A stretch of DNA of 28,055 nucleotides from Myxococcota bacterium (GTDB lineage: Bacteria; Myxococcota; XYA12-FULL-58-9; JABJBS01), in NCBI GenBank assembly GCA_036339465.1, contig JAYZAY010000086.1, positions 1 to 28,055 on the forward strand, given 5' to 3'. Below are positions 27,206-28,055 of the stretch, piece by piece. The notes under the pieces are model-generated. The model was given only the letters and a program-made list of their open reading frames with translations. It had not been told where the DNA came from and made no database searches. The position numbers were made by a program, and so were the translations under genes. The stretch's first letter is position 1; every line of letters starts with the position of its first letter.

Positions 27206-27967
27206 ATGAAACGCATCGATTACAAAATCCTTATCATCGATGACAGTCGCAATATTAGGCGGGTCTTTAAGGATATCCTCAGCACAGTCGGTTACACTAT
27301 ATTCGAAGCCGCCGGCGGCGTCGAAGCACTTAAACTCTTAGGAAAAGAGAAAATCCACCTTATCCTTCTCGACGTCGTAATGCCAGATATGGATGGGCAA
27401 CGCACCTTAACACATATCCGCGCCATGGGGCTCAAAACACCCGTCATCCTCGCCACCAGCATCACTCAAACCGACGTCATTTCAAAATTCATGCAACTCG
27501 GGGTGGCGGACATGATAGTCAAACCCACCAACCCCGAAGCCCTCTGTCAAAAAGTGAGCGCGGTGCTTCACAAAGATGAGGCGCAGGGAACCTTTGAAGA
27601 AGAAAAAGAAGAGGAAGCGGCTGGACACCAAAGCCTCACTCTTTTCATGACCGACAACTACCAACTCCAAACTGAACTCAACAACATGGTTCCAAGCTTT
27701 GTCGCCCTTGAGCACTGCCCAAACCGAGAAACTCTGATGGATATATGCGGTGTTACTGCCTGCGATACCATCATCGTAGACGCAAACAATGCCGCGAAAT
27801 CACTGGGTAGAATCGCTGTGCTTGTGCGCGAAGCTCAAGCGAGCCTCCACCTCTATGCACTCTTGCCTAGCTCCGAAAGCAGTGCCATCAATGATGCCCT
27901 CAGAGAAGGCTACGACGGCTTCCTCACCCCCCCCCTCACCAAGAGCCAGATAACACGACTTTACTAA
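27206..27967 (+). CDS. Response regulator (N-terminal receiver plus degenerate second receiver-like domain)
   Basis: ILIIDD, LILLDVVMPDMDG, VILATS and IVKP. The C-terminal domain ends in GYDGFLTPP and lacks the conserved K. Confidence 0.9.
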   Translation: MKRIDYKILIIDDSRNIRRVFKDILSTVGYTIFEAAGGVEALKLLGKEKIHLILLDVVMPDMDGQRTLTHIRAMGLKTPVILATSITQTDVISKFMQLGVADMIVKPTNPEALCQKVSAVLHKDEAQGTFEEEKEEEAAGHQSLTLFMTDNYQLQTELNNMVPSFVALEHCPNRETLMDICGVTACDTIIVDANNAAKSLGRIAVLVREAQASLHLYALLPSSESSAINDALREGYDGFLTPPLTKSQITRLY

Positions 27968-28055
27968 GAAAACCCAAAACAATACCAACTACACAACCAT
28001 TAAGATTTATACATCCAAATACAATAAGGGGAGAAGGGTAAAAAACAGAGCGCCT

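Overview
This is a bacterial chromosomal-type window of about 50% GC. Its gene content resembles Myxococcota/Deltaproteobacteria, but that is an inference. Ordinary genes are an MMACHC/CblC-like protein, an SDR, GDPD, pdxH, a radical SAM protein, an ECF sigma factor paired with a YfbK-type VWA protein, a class I GATase, an EI24/CysZ-like protein and a response regulator. They are interspersed with several pseudogenes. The standout is a plasmid-type replication module at ~7.68-11.31 kb. It has a ~950-bp non-coding region with 14 exact and several degenerate copies of GWG-N5-TTATTGC, often spaced 20-22 bp (iteron-like). A RepA-type initiator follows, then a 9-6-9 inverted-repeat site and a tyrosine recombinase with two non-canonical catalytic positions. 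Directly downstream is an uncharacterised 2068-aa ORF preceded by a sigma28-type -10 box. The 12.4-kb block containing these is bracketed by two diverged direct copies of a composite unit made of an internally deleted IS481-family fragment and an HNH endonuclease remnant. No tRNA, rRNA or CRISPR array was seen. All calls come from motif recognition by eye; no searches were run.
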